From the NCBI GenBank assembly GCA_963813245.1, contig CAWEYE010000005.1, forward strand, positions 114,588 through 178,587: a stretch of DNA of 64,000 bases, given 5' to 3'. A program made the position numbers and the translations under genes. The notes beneath the pieces are model-generated. The model ran no database searches. It was not told the origin of the DNA and saw only the letters and a program-made list of their open reading frames with translations. Below, one piece after another: positions 20,621 through 30,017 of this stretch (the stretch's first letter is position 1; each line of letters begins with the position of its first letter). The DNA is from an uncultured Actinomycetes bacterium. Its GTDB lineage: Bacteria > Actinomycetota > Thermoleophilia > Gaiellales > JAICJC01.

Positions 20621-21238
20621 CTGCTCTCGGACCGCGCCTACGCGGCGCTGCGCGACCGGCTGATCACGCTCGCGATCGCGCCGGGGGCGGCCATCGACGA
20701 GGACGCGCTCTCGCGCGATCTCGGCATGGGCCGCACGCCGGTGCGCGAGGCCCTGCGCCGGCTCGCCCTGGAGGGCCTGATCGTCGTCTACCCGCGCCGC
20801 GGCACCTTCGCGTCGAGCGTGAACATCACGAGCCTCTCCGACATCACCGACGTGCGCGCCCAGCTCGAGCCGCACGCGGCCGAGCGGGCGGCCCGGCTGG
20901 CCGACGCCGCCGACCGCCGCGAGGTGGACGAGCTGATGGCGCTGCTCGCGGAGGGCACCTCGAGCCAGACGTCGCTGATCGAGCTCGACGCGCGCATCCA
21001 CCGCTTCGTGCACCGGTGCTCCCGCAACCCCTACCTCGCCCGCGACCTCGACCGCTACCTGAACATGTCGATCCGGATCTGGTACGTCACCTTCGACCGC
21101 CTGCCGCCGATGCAGGACCCAGTCTCCGAGCACCGGGCGCTGCTGACGGCAATCGCCGATGCCGACCCGGAGGCGGCGCGCACCGTCGCGCTCGAGCACG
21201 TGCTGGCCTTCGCCCGCGAGATGCGCGCAGCCCTGTAG
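20621..21238 (+). CDS. GntR family transcriptional regulator (FadR-type FCD domain); start codon unresolved
   Basis: wHTH LLSDRAYAALRDRLITLAIAPGAAIDEDALSRDLGMGRTPVREALRRLALEGLI plus an FCD domain. The in-frame region from 20552 has no ATG/GTG/TTG before 20726. 20621 is a CTG codon; an ATG at 20607 is out of frame. Confidence 0.75.
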   Translation: MLSDRAYAALRDRLITLAIAPGAAIDEDALSRDLGMGRTPVREALRRLALEGLIVVYPRRGTFASSVNITSLSDITDVRAQLEPHAAERAARLADAADRREVDELMALLAEGTSSQTSLIELDARIHRFVHRCSRNPYLARDLDRYLNMSIRIWYVTFDRLPPMQDPVSEHRALLTAIADADPEAARTVALEHVLAFAREMRAAL

Positions 21239-22426
21239 ATGGACGCCCGGTTGCACGACTCGATGGCCGCGCATGTCGCCGCCGGGCACCTGCCGGGGCT
21301 CGATCACGCTCGTGGCCCGCGGCGACGAGGTGCACGTCGACGTGATCGGCACGCCGTCGTTCGCGACGACCGCCCCCCTCGAGCGCGGATGCCATCTTCC
21401 GGATCGCCTCGCTCACCAAGCCCATCACCGCCGTGGCCGCGATGGCGCTCGTCGAGGCGGGCGTCCTGCGGCTCGAGCAGCCGATCGAGGGGCTCGTCCC
21501 GGAGCTGGCCGGCCGGCGCGTCCTGCGCGCGATCGACGCCGACCTGGACGACACGGTGGCCGCCGAGCGGCCGATCACGCTCGAGGACCTGCTCAGCTTC
21601 CGGCTCGGCTTCGGATCGGTGATGGCGCCGCCCGGCAGCTTCCCGATCCAGCGGGCCGAGGCGGAGCTCGGCCTGCAGAGCATCGGCGGCCCGCCGTGGC
21701 CGCCGGTCGCCCACGATGCCGACAGCTGGATCGGCGCGCTCGGATCGCTGCCGCTCATGTACCAGCCGGGCGAGCGCTGGCTCTACAACACGTCGGCCCA
21801 GGTGCTCGGCGTGGTGCTCGCCCGGGCCTGCGGCCGCGATCTGGAGCCGGTGCTGCGCGAGCGCGTCTTCGCGCCGCTCGGGATGGCCGACACGGGCTTC
21901 ACCGTCCCCGCTGAGAGCCTGCCCCGGCTCACCACCGCCTACCGGCCCGATCCCGAGACCGGCGCGCTCACTGTGCTCGACGATCCCGCCGGACAGCTGG
22001 TGGAGCACGCCGCCCTCGTTCCCGGACGCGAGCGGGTGGCTCGTGTCGACCATCGACGACTACTGGGCGTTCGTCTCGCAGGTCTTCGCGCCCGGCTCCG
22101 GGCGGGGCGGGCGCGTGCTGGCGCCGGCGACGGTCGCGCTCATGACGGCCGACCGGCTGACGCCGGCGCAGCGCGATGCCTCGGCGCTCTTCCTGGGCGA
22201 GCATGGGAGCTGGGGCCTGGGCCTGGCGGTGCCCGCGACCGGCTCGGCCGGCGCGCCCTTCCCCTGCGGAGTCGGCTGGGACGGCGGCACCGGCACCGCG
22301 TGGCGCACCAACCCTCGCACCGGCGTGACCGGCATCCTGTTCACGCAGCGCGCGGCGACGTCACCGGTGCCCTCCGCGCTCGTGAACGACTTCTGGGCCG
22401 GCGTGAACGCGGCCGCCACCGCCTGA
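21239..22426 (+). pseudogene. Serine hydrolase / beta-lactamase family protein, three apparent +1 insertions (~21299, ~21387, ~21997)
   Basis: Frames 2->0->1->2. MDARLHDSMAAHVAAGHLPG | SITLVARGDEVHVDVIGTPSFATTAPLER | DAIFRIASLTKPITAVAAMALVEAG (SxxK motif)...LDDPAGQ | WWSTPPSFPDASGWLVSTIDDYWAF...WDGGTGTAW. Confidence 0.8.
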
Positions 22427-22564
22427 CCGACGGCGTGCGCGGCACGGCCGGGAAGAACTCCGGACACCGCCGCGTCGAGTGGGTAGAGTCATCCCCCACG
22501 ACGGATCGCGATCGGGCAGGGCAACATGCGAGCGATCCCCCATCCGCACGACGGAGGCATGAGC

Positions 22565-23362
22565 ATGACCACCTTCCGGTACGGCAAGACGGCGGCGACC
22601 GCCGACCCGCGCGACCTCAAGTTCGGCACCTACAGGCAGCCGGCCGTGCCGCTCCCTGCGCCTCCGGCCGACTGGGGCTATGACAACGTCGTCGCCGCGG
22701 GCCTGTGGGGCATGCTCGGCAACGACCAGTGGGGCGACTGCGTGTGGGCGGGCGCCGCCCACGAGCACATCCTGACGAGCACGGTCGCCGGCAAGCCCGC
22801 GACCTTCAGCGCCGACGGCGTGCTGGCCGACTACTCGGCGACGACCGGCTTCGACCCGAACTCCGGCCCCCCGGGCGCCAATCCGACAGACCGGGGCACG
22901 AACGTCCGCGCCGCCCTCGGCTACCGCCGCTCGACGGGGATCGTCGACGCCGCCGGCGTGCGCCACAAGATCACGGCGTATCTCGCGCTCGACGTGTCCA
23001 GGATCCAGGCGGGCGACTTCTCGGAGGTGGCCGAGGCCGCCTACCTGTTCGGCGCGGTCGGCATCGGCATCCAGGTGCCGCAGTCGGCCGAGACGCAGTT
23101 CGGCGAGCACAAGATGTGGAGCTACGTCGCCGGCTCGCCGAACGCGGGCGGCCACTACGTGCCGATCGTCGCGCACCGCAAGCACGTGGAGTGCGTCACG
23201 TGGGGCCGTGTCCAGCCGATGGGCGACCGCTTCGTCTCCCACTGCGTGGACGAGGCCTGGGCGATCGTGAACCCCGACTTCCTGGATGTGCGCGGCCAGA
23301 ACCCCGAGGGGTTCGATATGCCGAAGCTCCTGGCCGACCTGGCGCAGCTGGGCGGCCCCTGA
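22565..23362 (+). CDS. Hypothetical protein with papain-like Cys/His motifs (candidate cysteine peptidase)
   Basis: GGAGG lies 7 nt before ATG 22565. LGNDQWGDCVWAGAAHE resembles the Q...C nucleophile helix of papain-fold enzymes, and GGHYVPIVAH...VTWG a His strand. No family assigned with certainty. Confidence 0.5.
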   Translation: MTTFRYGKTAATADPRDLKFGTYRQPAVPLPAPPADWGYDNVVAAGLWGMLGNDQWGDCVWAGAAHEHILTSTVAGKPATFSADGVLADYSATTGFDPNSGPPGANPTDRGTNVRAALGYRRSTGIVDAAGVRHKITAYLALDVSRIQAGDFSEVAEAAYLFGAVGIGIQVPQSAETQFGEHKMWSYVAGSPNAGGHYVPIVAHRKHVECVTWGRVQPMGDRFVSHCVDEAWAIVNPDFLDVRGQNPEGFDMPKLLADLAQLGGP

Positions 23363-23369
23363 GCGACGG

Positions 23370-24314
23370 CTACCGGTGGTGTAGGCCGGGCGGCTCGCCG
23401 CGGGCGAGGCGGGCCGCCCCGTAGAGCGCCGTGCGGTCGTTCAGGATCACGTGCACGGGCACCCGCTCGAGCAGGTCGGCGAAGCGGCCCTTCGCCGTGA
23501 ACGCGGCCATGAAGGCGCCCTCGCGCAGCTTGGGCAGGATCCGCGGCGCGATCCCGCCGCCGACGTAGACGCCGCCCGTCGCGAGCAGCTTGAGCGCCAG
23601 GTTCCCGGCCTCGGCGCCGTAGATCTCGATCATCATCTCGAGGGCGCGGACGCAGACGGGGTCGCTGCCGTCGAGGGCGGCGCTCGTGATGGCCGTCGCC
23701 TCGGCGCTCTCGCCGCCCAGGAACGCGTGGATCGCCACGAGCCCCATCCCCGAGCAGACGCGCTCGTAGCTCACGTGCGGGTGCTTCCCGGTCAGGTGCG
23801 CGCGCAGCGCGACCTCGGCGTCGTTGCGCGGGCCGAAGTCGGTGTGCCCGCCCTCGCTCGGGAAGACGTGGTGGCGCGCCCCGTCGAAGAAGAGGCCGGC
23901 CTCGCCCAGCCCCGTGCCGGCCGAGATGACCGCGGCGTTGCCGCCCACCGACGGGTCGCCGACGTGCAGCGTCGCCACATCGTCGGGGCCGAGCTCGGCG
24001 ATCCCGTAGGCGTTCGCCACCAGATCGTTCACGAGCCCCACCCGGTCGCGGCCGAGCATGGCGGCGATGCTCCTGGCATCGACCGGCCAGGCCAGGTTGG
24101 TCGTCTGCACATGGCCGTTCGTGACCGGCCCGGCGACGCCGAAGCAGGCCCGCTCGACCTGGGCCGGATGGGCCTTCAGGAACTCGCCCAGCATCGCCTC
24201 GAGGCCGTCGTGATCGCGGCTGGAGTACACCTCGAACGCGACCGGCGCCGCCGTCGGGGGATCGAACAGGGCCAGCCGCGTGTGCGTGGCGCCGATGTCG
24301 CCGGCGATGTCCAT
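23370..24314 (-). CDS. glk: Glucokinase (Glk family)
   Basis: MDIAGDIGATHTRLALF...NDLVANAYG...GTGLGEA...GGGIAPRILP. Start taken at ATG 24314 inside the longer track ORF. Confidence 0.85.
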   Translation of the reverse strand: MDIAGDIGATHTRLALFDPPTAAPVAFEVYSSRDHDGLEAMLGEFLKAHPAQVERACFGVAGPVTNGHVQTTNLAWPVDARSIAAMLGRDRVGLVNDLVANAYGIAELGPDDVATLHVGDPSVGGNAAVISAGTGLGEAGLFFDGARHHVFPSEGGHTDFGPRNDAEVALRAHLTGKHPHVSYERVCSGMGLVAIHAFLGGESAEATAITSAALDGSDPVCVRALEMMIEIYGAEAGNLALKLLATGGVYVGGGIAPRILPKLREGAFMAAFTAKGRFADLLERVPVHVILNDRTALYGAARLARGEPPGLHHR

Positions 24315-24347
24315 TGCCGGGCAACGTAGCGGGTAAGCTCGGGCCGC

Positions 24348-24839
24348 GTGACAGCGACGACGGATCGGGCGTGGCATGTCGGCGACTACGGGCCGCTCGG
24401 GTGGGCGGAGACGGCCGTCAAGGCCGTCGCATTCGTCTGCGCCTACATCGCCTTCGCCCACGCGCTCGACCGCACCCTGCACTCGCCGGACGCGATCCGG
24501 ATCGCCGAGCTCGTGCTGATCGGCATCGCCGAGGTCGGCCTCCTCGTGGCGATCGGCGAGCGCCTGATCGAGCGCGAGGCGATCGCGATGGGCTTCGTCG
24601 TCTTCAACAACGCCGCCCATATCGGCATGCTCTACGCGCTGCTCGCCGTACCCGGGCCGGGCGGCCTGGTGTCGCTCTTCTGCGGGCTGATGCTGACGGG
24701 CGAGGGGATCAAGCTCGTCTGGCTGCGCACGAGCGAGTTCCGGCTGCGCGAGATCGCGCCGCTGGTCGTCCAGGGCATCGTGGTGGCCTACGCCGTGGTG
24801 TACCTGGTGGCCCTGCTCATCTGGCAGTTCCTCAAATAG
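24348..24839 (+). CDS. Hypothetical integral membrane protein
   Basis: 163 aa with 4-5 hydrophobic helices (AVKAVAFVCAYIAFAHAL, LVLIGIAEVGLLVAIG, VVAYAVVYLVALLIWQF). No recognisable family. Confidence 0.55.
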   Translation: MTATTDRAWHVGDYGPLGWAETAVKAVAFVCAYIAFAHALDRTLHSPDAIRIAELVLIGIAEVGLLVAIGERLIEREAIAMGFVVFNNAAHIGMLYALLAVPGPGGLVSLFCGLMLTGEGIKLVWLRTSEFRLREIAPLVVQGIVVAYAVVYLVALLIWQFLK

Positions 24840-27510
24840 ACGGGGGCGGCGAGCTCTGGACGCGTTTGAGGGCGGCATTCACCGGCCACACGCGTACGAG
24901 CCGGGCGGCCCACTGCAGGTACCCGGCGCCGCGCTTGGGCAGGACGAGGATCGCGACCGAGAGCAGCACCCCGAGCAAGAGCCCGCACGCTGTGGTCAGG
25001 GCCGCCAGCAGGTATCCCGAGACGATCCAGTGCAGGACGAAGGGTGCCAGCGCGAGCGCGACCACCAGAGCGATGTAGACGGTCCGAAACGCGGTGCGCT
25101 TCGCCCCCGGCTGGGTATCGGCGAGGACGGCGTCGGCGCCCACGCGCAGCACGGGGCGCAGGCGCGCCTGCGCCGGCAGGCCGGCGTCGTCGCCGAGCGC
25201 CCGCAGGCCGGCCGCGCCGAGCTGGCCGATCACCTTGCGGCCGTCCTCGGAGTCGGCCAGCGTGACCACCTCGACCGCGTTCAGGGCCCGCATGGCGGTG
25301 GCGAGCTGCGCCGAGATGTCGGCGTCGGAGGCCGTCGCCGGCAGCTTGTAGGTGCTGCGCAGGATGGCGCGGTGGAACGGGCGCACGAGCTCGCCGGTCA
25401 GCCGCTCGACGACGTCGGCCGAGCGCACCTTCGCCCCCAGGTACGCCGTGAGCGCCGCATCGAGCGCGGGCGCGCGCTCAGGCCCCACCCACTCCAGCAG
25501 GTCCTGCCGCATCTGCTGCGGCGGGAGGGCGGGCTCGGCGTCGAGGCGCGCGAGCAGCATCCGCACCAGATGGGTGGCGCCGTCGAGCCGGCCCCACATC
25601 CAGTCGTAGTCGCGCCACTCCGACCGCAGGAACCCGCCGAAGTGCTTCAGGCGCAGCCCCATCAGCTTCCCCCGGATCGGGGCTCCGTCGCTGAAGAACG
25701 GCGTGCCGACGTTCGCACCGAACCGGCAGAAGCGAAACCGCGGCACGGGGTGATACGCGCCGATCGGAGCGGCGCACCGGCACACGACCTCGATCTTCGC
25801 GCAGGCGGCGACGAACGCCGCGCGCTGGGCATCGAGGTCCGAAGCCGCGACCTCGGGTGGCTTGGGCCCCAGGCCCGCGGCCACGAACGTGCGCAGGGCG
25901 GTCGCCACGATCGTCGCAATCTGCGCCCGCCGCGCCGGCGTCATCGCCTCGTCGAGCGCGTCCAGAATCTGCTTGTCGGGGATGGCGGCGCCAGGCTCGG
26001 CGGACAGCGCGATCCGCACGGCGTCGAGCACTTCGAGCCGCAGCTGGGCGAGCTGGATCAGCGCCACCGAGAGGTCGAAGAGGGCGTCGGCCACCGTTTC
26101 CGTGTTCGCGCCGTTTCGGGCCGGCGTCCGGGTCAGGCTGAGCGCGAGCCGCAGCACGCGCTCGGCGGCGGTGATGCCCGCGGGCCACGTGCCGTCGGGC
26201 GCGCCGGCGGCGGCGGGCGCCGCGATCTCGTCGACCGGCACCGAGGGGTCGTCCGGCGGGCGGCCAGACTCGAGCAGCAGCCGCACCTCGTTCAAGACCG
26301 CCTCGTCCTGGCGCGTGCGATAGACCGGCGCGAGCGCCGTCGCGGCGGCGTCGAGATCGCCCTGCAGCGCGCTTGTGAGCAGGTCGGCGTCGGTGTCGAC
26401 GCGGACGGCGATCTCGCGCTCCATCTCGCCGAGCCGGTGCAGCTGGTTCAGGAGGTTCGTCTCGCGGGGGAGGTTGAGGGCCGCCGACACCGTCTCGATC
26501 ATGCCCGGGGTGACGGCGATGTCGTCGTCGTCGCGCGGCGCGCTTGCGTCCTCGGGATCGATGTAGGCCACGATCCGGTCGACGTCACGGGTGATCGCGC
26601 GGCACGCGATCCGGTCGAGCACCGGTGCGAACGGCTCGTTGTCGAGCACGCCCCCGTCGATCATCCAGCGCGACTCGTCCATTCCCGCCGTGTCCCGCAT
26701 CGACACCTGCACCGCCGGCGAGTGGCGGTTGTCGACCGTGTCGCCGGCGCGGAAGAACGTCGGCTCGAAGGCCGCGGGGAACGACGCCGATGCCCGCGCC
26801 GCCCGGGTCAGGCGGTCGTTGGCGGTCTCGTCGTTGAACTCATCCGGGCCGAGCAACGGCCGCCGGAACCGGCAGACGACGCGGTACTCGACCTGGGGGA
26901 ACCGCTGGCAGGTGGAGTCGGTGAACCGCTCGGCCTGTCCCCGCATCGAGGTGGCGGTCGTGAACAGCGTGACCCCGCGGGGCGCCTTCTCCTCCTGCCG
27001 CAGCCGCTCGCGCAGATCCGCGGGCACCGCGGGCTCCGGCCGGTTCGTGAGGGCGGTGAACACATCCGCCACGCTCTGCGTGAGCAGGCTGCCGTTCAGG
27101 ATCGAGAGCCGATCGCCGGCGGGCTGGTCGGCGTTCGACGCCAGGTTCTCGATCGAGCCGACCGAGTGCCACGTGTCCTGCAGCTCCGGCAGCGGCTTGC
27201 CGCGCGCGATCGCGGTGGCGAGCACGGCGCCGTTCAGGCCGCCGGCGCTCGCACCTGCGATCACATCCACGTTCAGCCGCACGCCGAGCCGGCCGAGCAG
27301 GTGCTGCCAGCGCTCGAGCACCGGGTCGCGCTCGGCCTCGCCCGGCTCGATGAGCTCCGGGTACGCGGCGCGGCGCATGCGGTCGATCTCGGCCGTCACG
27401 CCCCCCATCCACACGGCCAGCGAGACGCCGCCGTTCAGCACAAGGGCGAGCCGCATCTCATACGGCGACCCGGCGGGGGCGGTCACATCGTCGTTCGGCT
27501 GCGTGCCCAT
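24832..27510 (-). CDS. Patatin-like phospholipase, large (892 aa) form with long C-terminal extension and C-terminal TM segments
   Basis: Oxyanion loop LVLNGGVSLAVWMGG, nucleophile elbow GASAG and catalytic Asp in IDGGVLDNEPF. C-terminal hydrophobic helices (VYIALVVALALAPFVLHWIVSGYLLAALTTACGLLLGVLLSVAILVL). Confidence 0.9.
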   Translation of the reverse strand: MGTQPNDDVTAPAGSPYEMRLALVLNGGVSLAVWMGGVTAEIDRMRRAAYPELIEPGEAERDPVLERWQHLLGRLGVRLNVDVIAGASAGGLNGAVLATAIARGKPLPELQDTWHSVGSIENLASNADQPAGDRLSILNGSLLTQSVADVFTALTNRPEPAVPADLRERLRQEEKAPRGVTLFTTATSMRGQAERFTDSTCQRFPQVEYRVVCRFRRPLLGPDEFNDETANDRLTRAARASASFPAAFEPTFFRAGDTVDNRHSPAVQVSMRDTAGMDESRWMIDGGVLDNEPFAPVLDRIACRAITRDVDRIVAYIDPEDASAPRDDDDIAVTPGMIETVSAALNLPRETNLLNQLHRLGEMEREIAVRVDTDADLLTSALQGDLDAAATALAPVYRTRQDEAVLNEVRLLLESGRPPDDPSVPVDEIAAPAAAGAPDGTWPAGITAAERVLRLALSLTRTPARNGANTETVADALFDLSVALIQLAQLRLEVLDAVRIALSAEPGAAIPDKQILDALDEAMTPARRAQIATIVATALRTFVAAGLGPKPPEVAASDLDAQRAAFVAACAKIEVVCRCAAPIGAYHPVPRFRFCRFGANVGTPFFSDGAPIRGKLMGLRLKHFGGFLRSEWRDYDWMWGRLDGATHLVRMLLARLDAEPALPPQQMRQDLLEWVGPERAPALDAALTAYLGAKVRSADVVERLTGELVRPFHRAILRSTYKLPATASDADISAQLATAMRALNAVEVVTLADSEDGRKVIGQLGAAGLRALGDDAGLPAQARLRPVLRVGADAVLADTQPGAKRTAFRTVYIALVVALALAPFVLHWIVSGYLLAALTTACGLLLGVLLSVAILVLPKRGAGYLQWAARLVRVWPVNAALKRVQSSPPPSI

Positions 27511-27607
27511 GCTGCCTCCTGCTCTGGTGCTGCGGTCGGAGATATGCGCCTGCGCGCATCAAATCACGGCCGAGCATGACGGTGTCCGCGCGCGGCGTCG
27601 TTGCCCG

Positions 27608-27646
27608 CGCTCACGCCGGGCGCGTGAGCGACGTCACGTGTAGGAT
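27608..27646 (+). promoter_or_regulatory. Inverted repeat CGCTCACGC-N5-GCGTGAGCG followed by TAGGAT (-10-like) upstream of the haem-enzyme operon
   Basis: 9-bp arms at 27608..27616 and 27622..27630. TAGGAT at 27641..27646 fits the TANNNT -10 pattern, 48 nt before the first operon gene. Function inferred only. Confidence 0.35.
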
Positions 27647-27693
27647 GGGCGCGCAATCGGCTATGCCCGCGGGCAGGGGCAAGGGGGTCGGAG

Positions 27694-28092
27694 ATGCGCA
27701 CCGGTGGCGCTCCCGGTTTCGCACGAGTCGCACTGGCGATGATTCGGATCGCAAACGGATCCACGGCACTGGTCGCGCCCACCGTGCTCACGCGCAATCT
27801 CGGCGTCGGCCGGGCGGACAACCAGGCGATCCGGTACGTCTTTCGCATGTTCGGGGTGCGCACTGTCCTGATCGGCCTCGAGCTCCTGCTGCCCGACGGC
27901 GAGGTGCGCGCGGCGGCCGTGCGCGTCGCCCCGGTGATCCACGCGAGCGACACCGCATCGGCGGCGTTCGCCGGGCTGACCCGCCAGATCCCGGCCCGAT
28001 CGGCCGTGATCGCAACGTCGATCTCGGCGCTCAACACGGCGCTCGCGCTCACCGCCCGGGCCGGGCTGCGCGAGCCGGAGGCCGCGGCATGA
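27694..28092 (+). CDS. Small membrane protein, DUF4267-like (paralogue 1 of 3)
   Basis: 132 aa. RYVFRMFGVRTVLIGLELLL aligns with ATRLFGVRNATLGVGLL and MLQLFAVRDAMLGVGLV of the two paralogues at 33.2-33.9 kb. The stop overlaps the next start (ATGA). Confidence 0.6.
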   Translation: MRTGGAPGFARVALAMIRIANGSTALVAPTVLTRNLGVGRADNQAIRYVFRMFGVRTVLIGLELLLPDGEVRAAAVRVAPVIHASDTASAAFAGLTRQIPARSAVIATSISALNTALALTARAGLREPEAAA

Positions 28093-30017
28093 GCCTGCCG
28101 CGGCTCCTGCGCACGGGCGTCGCCGTGGGGCTCGGCGCGGTCGTCGGCAAGGCGGTCTGGCAGCGGCTTTCCGCCTCCGACGGGCCGGATCCCGTCTCGG
28201 GATCCCGCTATCGCGACTCGCTCGGCTGGCGCCTGTACGACAACGCCGCGGCCGCGGCCGACCGCTGCGTCGGCTGGGACAAGCTGCCGACGCCGCTCGG
28301 CCTCGCCGTGCTGGAAGGCCTGCGCAACATCCTGCGCCAGGAGAACCTGTACGACACGAGCGGCGAGCCGAGCGTGAACACGCCGGCGGTGCCGCCGCTT
28401 GCGCCCGAGTTCCTGTCCGCGCGCACAGAGCAGGGCATCTACAACGACCTCGCCCAGCCGAGCATGGGCATGGCCGGCTCGCGCTTCGGCCGCAACGTCC
28501 CGCTCGCGGCCACCGAGCGCGAGCCGGACGATCTGCTGATGCAGCCGAACCCGCGCACGGTCAGCCGCGAGCTCCTCACCCGCGAGACGTTCATCCCGGC
28601 CGAGACGCTGAACCTGTTCGCCGCCTCGTGGATCCAGTTCATGATCCGCGACTGGTTCAGCCACGGCCGCGGCGACCCCGAGCACAAGTTCGAGCTGCCC
28701 CTCGAGCCCGGCGATCCCTGGCCTGCGCCGCCGCTCGAGGTGCTGAAGACGCTGCCCGACACGACCCGGCCGCCCGGCGCGACCTTCCCGCCGACGTTCC
28801 TGAACACGACGACGCACTGGTGGGACGGCTCGCAGCTCTACGGCACCGACCCGGCCGTCCAGCAGATGGTGCGCACGGGGGCGGGCGGCAAGCTCCACAT
28901 CGGCCCCGACGGGATCGTGCCGTTGCCGACCGACCCCAGGCTCGACCCGCGGCTCGTGCCGGGCTGGTGGCTGGGCCTGCAGATGCTCGTGAACCTGTTC
29001 ACGCTCGAGCACAACGCGATCTGCGACCGGCTGGCCCGGGACTACCCCGGCTGGGACGACGACCAGCTGTTCGCCCACGCCCGCCTGATCGTGGCGGCCC
29101 TGCTCGCCAAGATCCACACGGTCGAGTGGACGCCCGCGGTGATCGCCCATCCCACGATGGAGATCGGCATGCGCGCCAACTGGTACGGGATCGCCGGCGA
29201 GCGGGTGAAGAAGGCGTTCGGCCGCATCAGCGCGAGCGAGATCGTGAGCGGCATCCCCGGGTCGGCCCACGATCACTTCGGCGTGCCCTACGCGCTCACC
29301 GAGGAGTTCACGATCGTCTACCGCATGCACCCGCTGATCGCCGACGACTACACCTTCCGCTCGGCGGCCGACGGCCACGAGCTCGAGCAGCGCACCCTGC
29401 CCGAGCTGGCCGGCCCCAACTCGCAGCCCGTGCTCGAGCGGATCGGCATGCGCGACCTGCTGTACTCGTTCGGTATCGCCAACCCGGGCGCGATCGTCCT
29501 CAACAATTTCCCTCGCTTCCTGCAGGAGTTCACGCGCCCGGACGGCAAGCTGATGGACATCGCCGCCACCGACATCCTGCGCTCGCGCGAGCTCGGGGTG
29601 CCGCGCTACAACGAGTTCCGGCGGCTGCTGCACCTGCGCCCGGCGACGGACTTCGCCGACGTCACCGACGACACGGCGCTGGCCGAGCGGATGCGCACGC
29701 TCTACGGCGGCGACATCGAGCGGCTCGACGTGATCGTCGGCATGTTCGCCGAGAAGCGCCCCCAGGGGTTCGCGTTCAGCGACACCGCCTTCCGGATCTT
29801 CATCCTGATGGCATCGCGGCGGATCAACAGCGACCGGTTCCTGACCGACGACTACACGGCGTCGACGTACACCCAGGCCGGGATCGATTGGGTCGAGAAC
29901 ACCCGCTTCGTCGACGTGCTCCAGCGGCACTACCCGGATCTGGCCCCGTCGCTGCGCGAGCTCGTGAACGGCTTCAAGCCGTGGTCGACCGTGGGCGGCG
30001 GGAGCGCCGGTGCCTGA
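28089..30017 (+). CDS. Haem peroxidase-cyclooxygenase superfamily protein, fatty-acid alpha-dioxygenase/COX-like
   Basis: AASWIQFMIRDWFSH, LTEEFTIVYRMHPLIADD (Tyr411/His414 = catalytic Tyr and proximal His pattern Y-R-M-H) and RELGVPRYNEFRRLL match plant alpha-DOX/PIOX signatures. Start taken at ATG 28089 inside track ORF 27576..30017. Confidence 0.88.
   Translation: MSLPRLLRTGVAVGLGAVVGKAVWQRLSASDGPDPVSGSRYRDSLGWRLYDNAAAAADRCVGWDKLPTPLGLAVLEGLRNILRQENLYDTSGEPSVNTPAVPPLAPEFLSARTEQGIYNDLAQPSMGMAGSRFGRNVPLAATEREPDDLLMQPNPRTVSRELLTRETFIPAETLNLFAASWIQFMIRDWFSHGRGDPEHKFELPLEPGDPWPAPPLEVLKTLPDTTRPPGATFPPTFLNTTTHWWDGSQLYGTDPAVQQMVRTGAGGKLHIGPDGIVPLPTDPRLDPRLVPGWWLGLQMLVNLFTLEHNAICDRLARDYPGWDDDQLFAHARLIVAALLAKIHTVEWTPAVIAHPTMEIGMRANWYGIAGERVKKAFGRISASEIVSGIPGSAHDHFGVPYALTEEFTIVYRMHPLIADDYTFRSAADGHELEQRTLPELAGPNSQPVLERIGMRDLLYSFGIANPGAIVLNNFPRFLQEFTRPDGKLMDIAATDILRSRELGVPRYNEFRRLLHLRPATDFADVTDDTALAERMRTLYGGDIERLDVIVGMFAEKRPQGFAFSDTAFRIFILMASRRINSDRFLTDDYTASTYTQAGIDWVENTRFVDVLQRHYPDLAPSLRELVNGFKPWSTVGGGSAGA

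Noticed and set aside
25030-27579. 849-aa plus-strand ORF opposite the patatin gene
   Set aside because: Same artefact class. The minus-strand frame has the complete patatin catalytic motif set.
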